Shown one piece after another: positions 63,688-64,000 of a stretch of 64,000 nt of DNA. The notes beneath the pieces are model-generated. The model saw only the letters and a list, made by a program, of their open reading frames with translations. It was not told the DNA's origin and did not search any database. The position numbers and the translations under genes were made by a program. Origin of the DNA: Promethearchaeota archaeon. GTDB taxonomy: Archaea; Asgardarchaeota; Lokiarchaeia; Sigyniarchaeales; SOKP01. Location: contig SDNW01000001.1 in NCBI GenBank assembly GCA_004524725.1, forward strand, positions 2,213-66,212, read 5' to 3'. Numbering within the stretch: the first letter of the stretch is position 1; each line of letters begins with the position of its first letter.

Positions 63688-64000
63688 ATTTTAAGGGTAG
63701 GATTGATAGGCTGTGGAGATATAGCTAATTTAAATGTATTAGGATATTTATGCTCAAAAGATACAGAATTAGTTGCTGTTTGTGATACAGACATGGCAAG
63801 AATTGGAAAGAAATTGGAGAGATGGGGCTTACGTACTACAAACGTTTATACTGATTTTAAATTGATGATAGATCGTGAAGAACTTGACATTGTAGAGATA
63901 CTCACACCTCATCATCTACATTATCCAATGACTGAATACTGTGCTAGTGCGGGAGTACCAGGAATCTCGGTTCAAAAACCATTAGCTCACACTATTACGG
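63688..64000 (+). CDS. Gfo/Idh/MocA-family NAD(P)-dependent oxidoreductase, N-terminal part (runs off window end)
   Basis: It has (I)LRVGLIGCGDIANLNVLGYL, the Rossmann beta1-GxGxxG motif, and later EILTPHHLHYPM. The frame opens after TGA 63679..63681. The only canonical start (TTG 63703) would delete beta1. ATT 63688 lies 6 nt after GGTGA. Confidence 0.65.
   Translation, partial: MLRVGLIGCGDIANLNVLGYLCSKDTELVAVCDTDMARIGKKLERWGLRTTNVYTDFKLMIDREELDIVEILTPHHLHYPMTEYCASAGVPGISVQKPLAHTIT

Noticed and set aside
1-64000. Search for tRNA/rRNA genes, CRISPR arrays, IS elements, integrases and prophage or defence islands
   Set aside because: I saw no GC-rich structured segments typical of tRNA or rRNA in this AT-rich background, no short direct-repeat/spacer arrays, and no transposase- or integrase-like ORFs. 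The intergenic regions are short and AT-rich. tRNAscan/Infernal and repeat finders should confirm this.

Overview
This is a strongly AT-rich, gene-dense archaeal chromosome fragment of about 68 supportable CDSs. I found no rRNA, tRNA, CRISPR array or obvious mobile element by eye. Archaeal housekeeping and cofactor genes include archaeal-type AlaRS, DtdA, an EndoQ-like PHP nuclease, FtsZ, a GGR/GGGPS/DGGGPS ether-lipid operon, methanopterin-type pterin genes (MptA, MptD, beta-RFAP synthase, DHPS-like) and the F420 genes CofG/CofH. These sit beside eukaryote-signature genes: a co-directional ubiquitin-like cassette and two divergent Ras-superfamily GTPases. There is also a 201-aa microbial rhodopsin whose key residues match the schizorhodopsin pattern (R67, F70, S74, E81, D184, K188). 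Together these features point, by inference, to an Asgard (Loki/Heimdall-like) archaeon. The main hunt results are as follows. (1) The ubiquitin-like module at 28.5-35.0 kb has two conjugatable UBL precursors ending in AG plus a short tail, a membrane-anchored non-conjugatable UBL paralog, compact E1, E2 and JAMM genes, and a six-TM protein with a disordered linker and a RING-like finger. (2) The schizorhodopsin sits inside a thiol-redox island containing Grx-like, FTR-like, 2x HdrD-like, 3x PDO and TrxR genes. (3) At five loci, conserved protein sequence or the expected N-terminus lies upstream of the first ATG/GTG/TTG, and an ATT (once ATA) sits 5-7 nt after a GGTGA-type Shine-Dalgarno motif, which suggests near-cognate initiation. 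(4) A cofactor supercluster for H4MPT-type pterin and F420 spans 35-49.6 kb. Many short ORFs in the supplied track are antisense shadows of real genes and are rejected. All homology calls come from motif recognition by eye, not from database searches.
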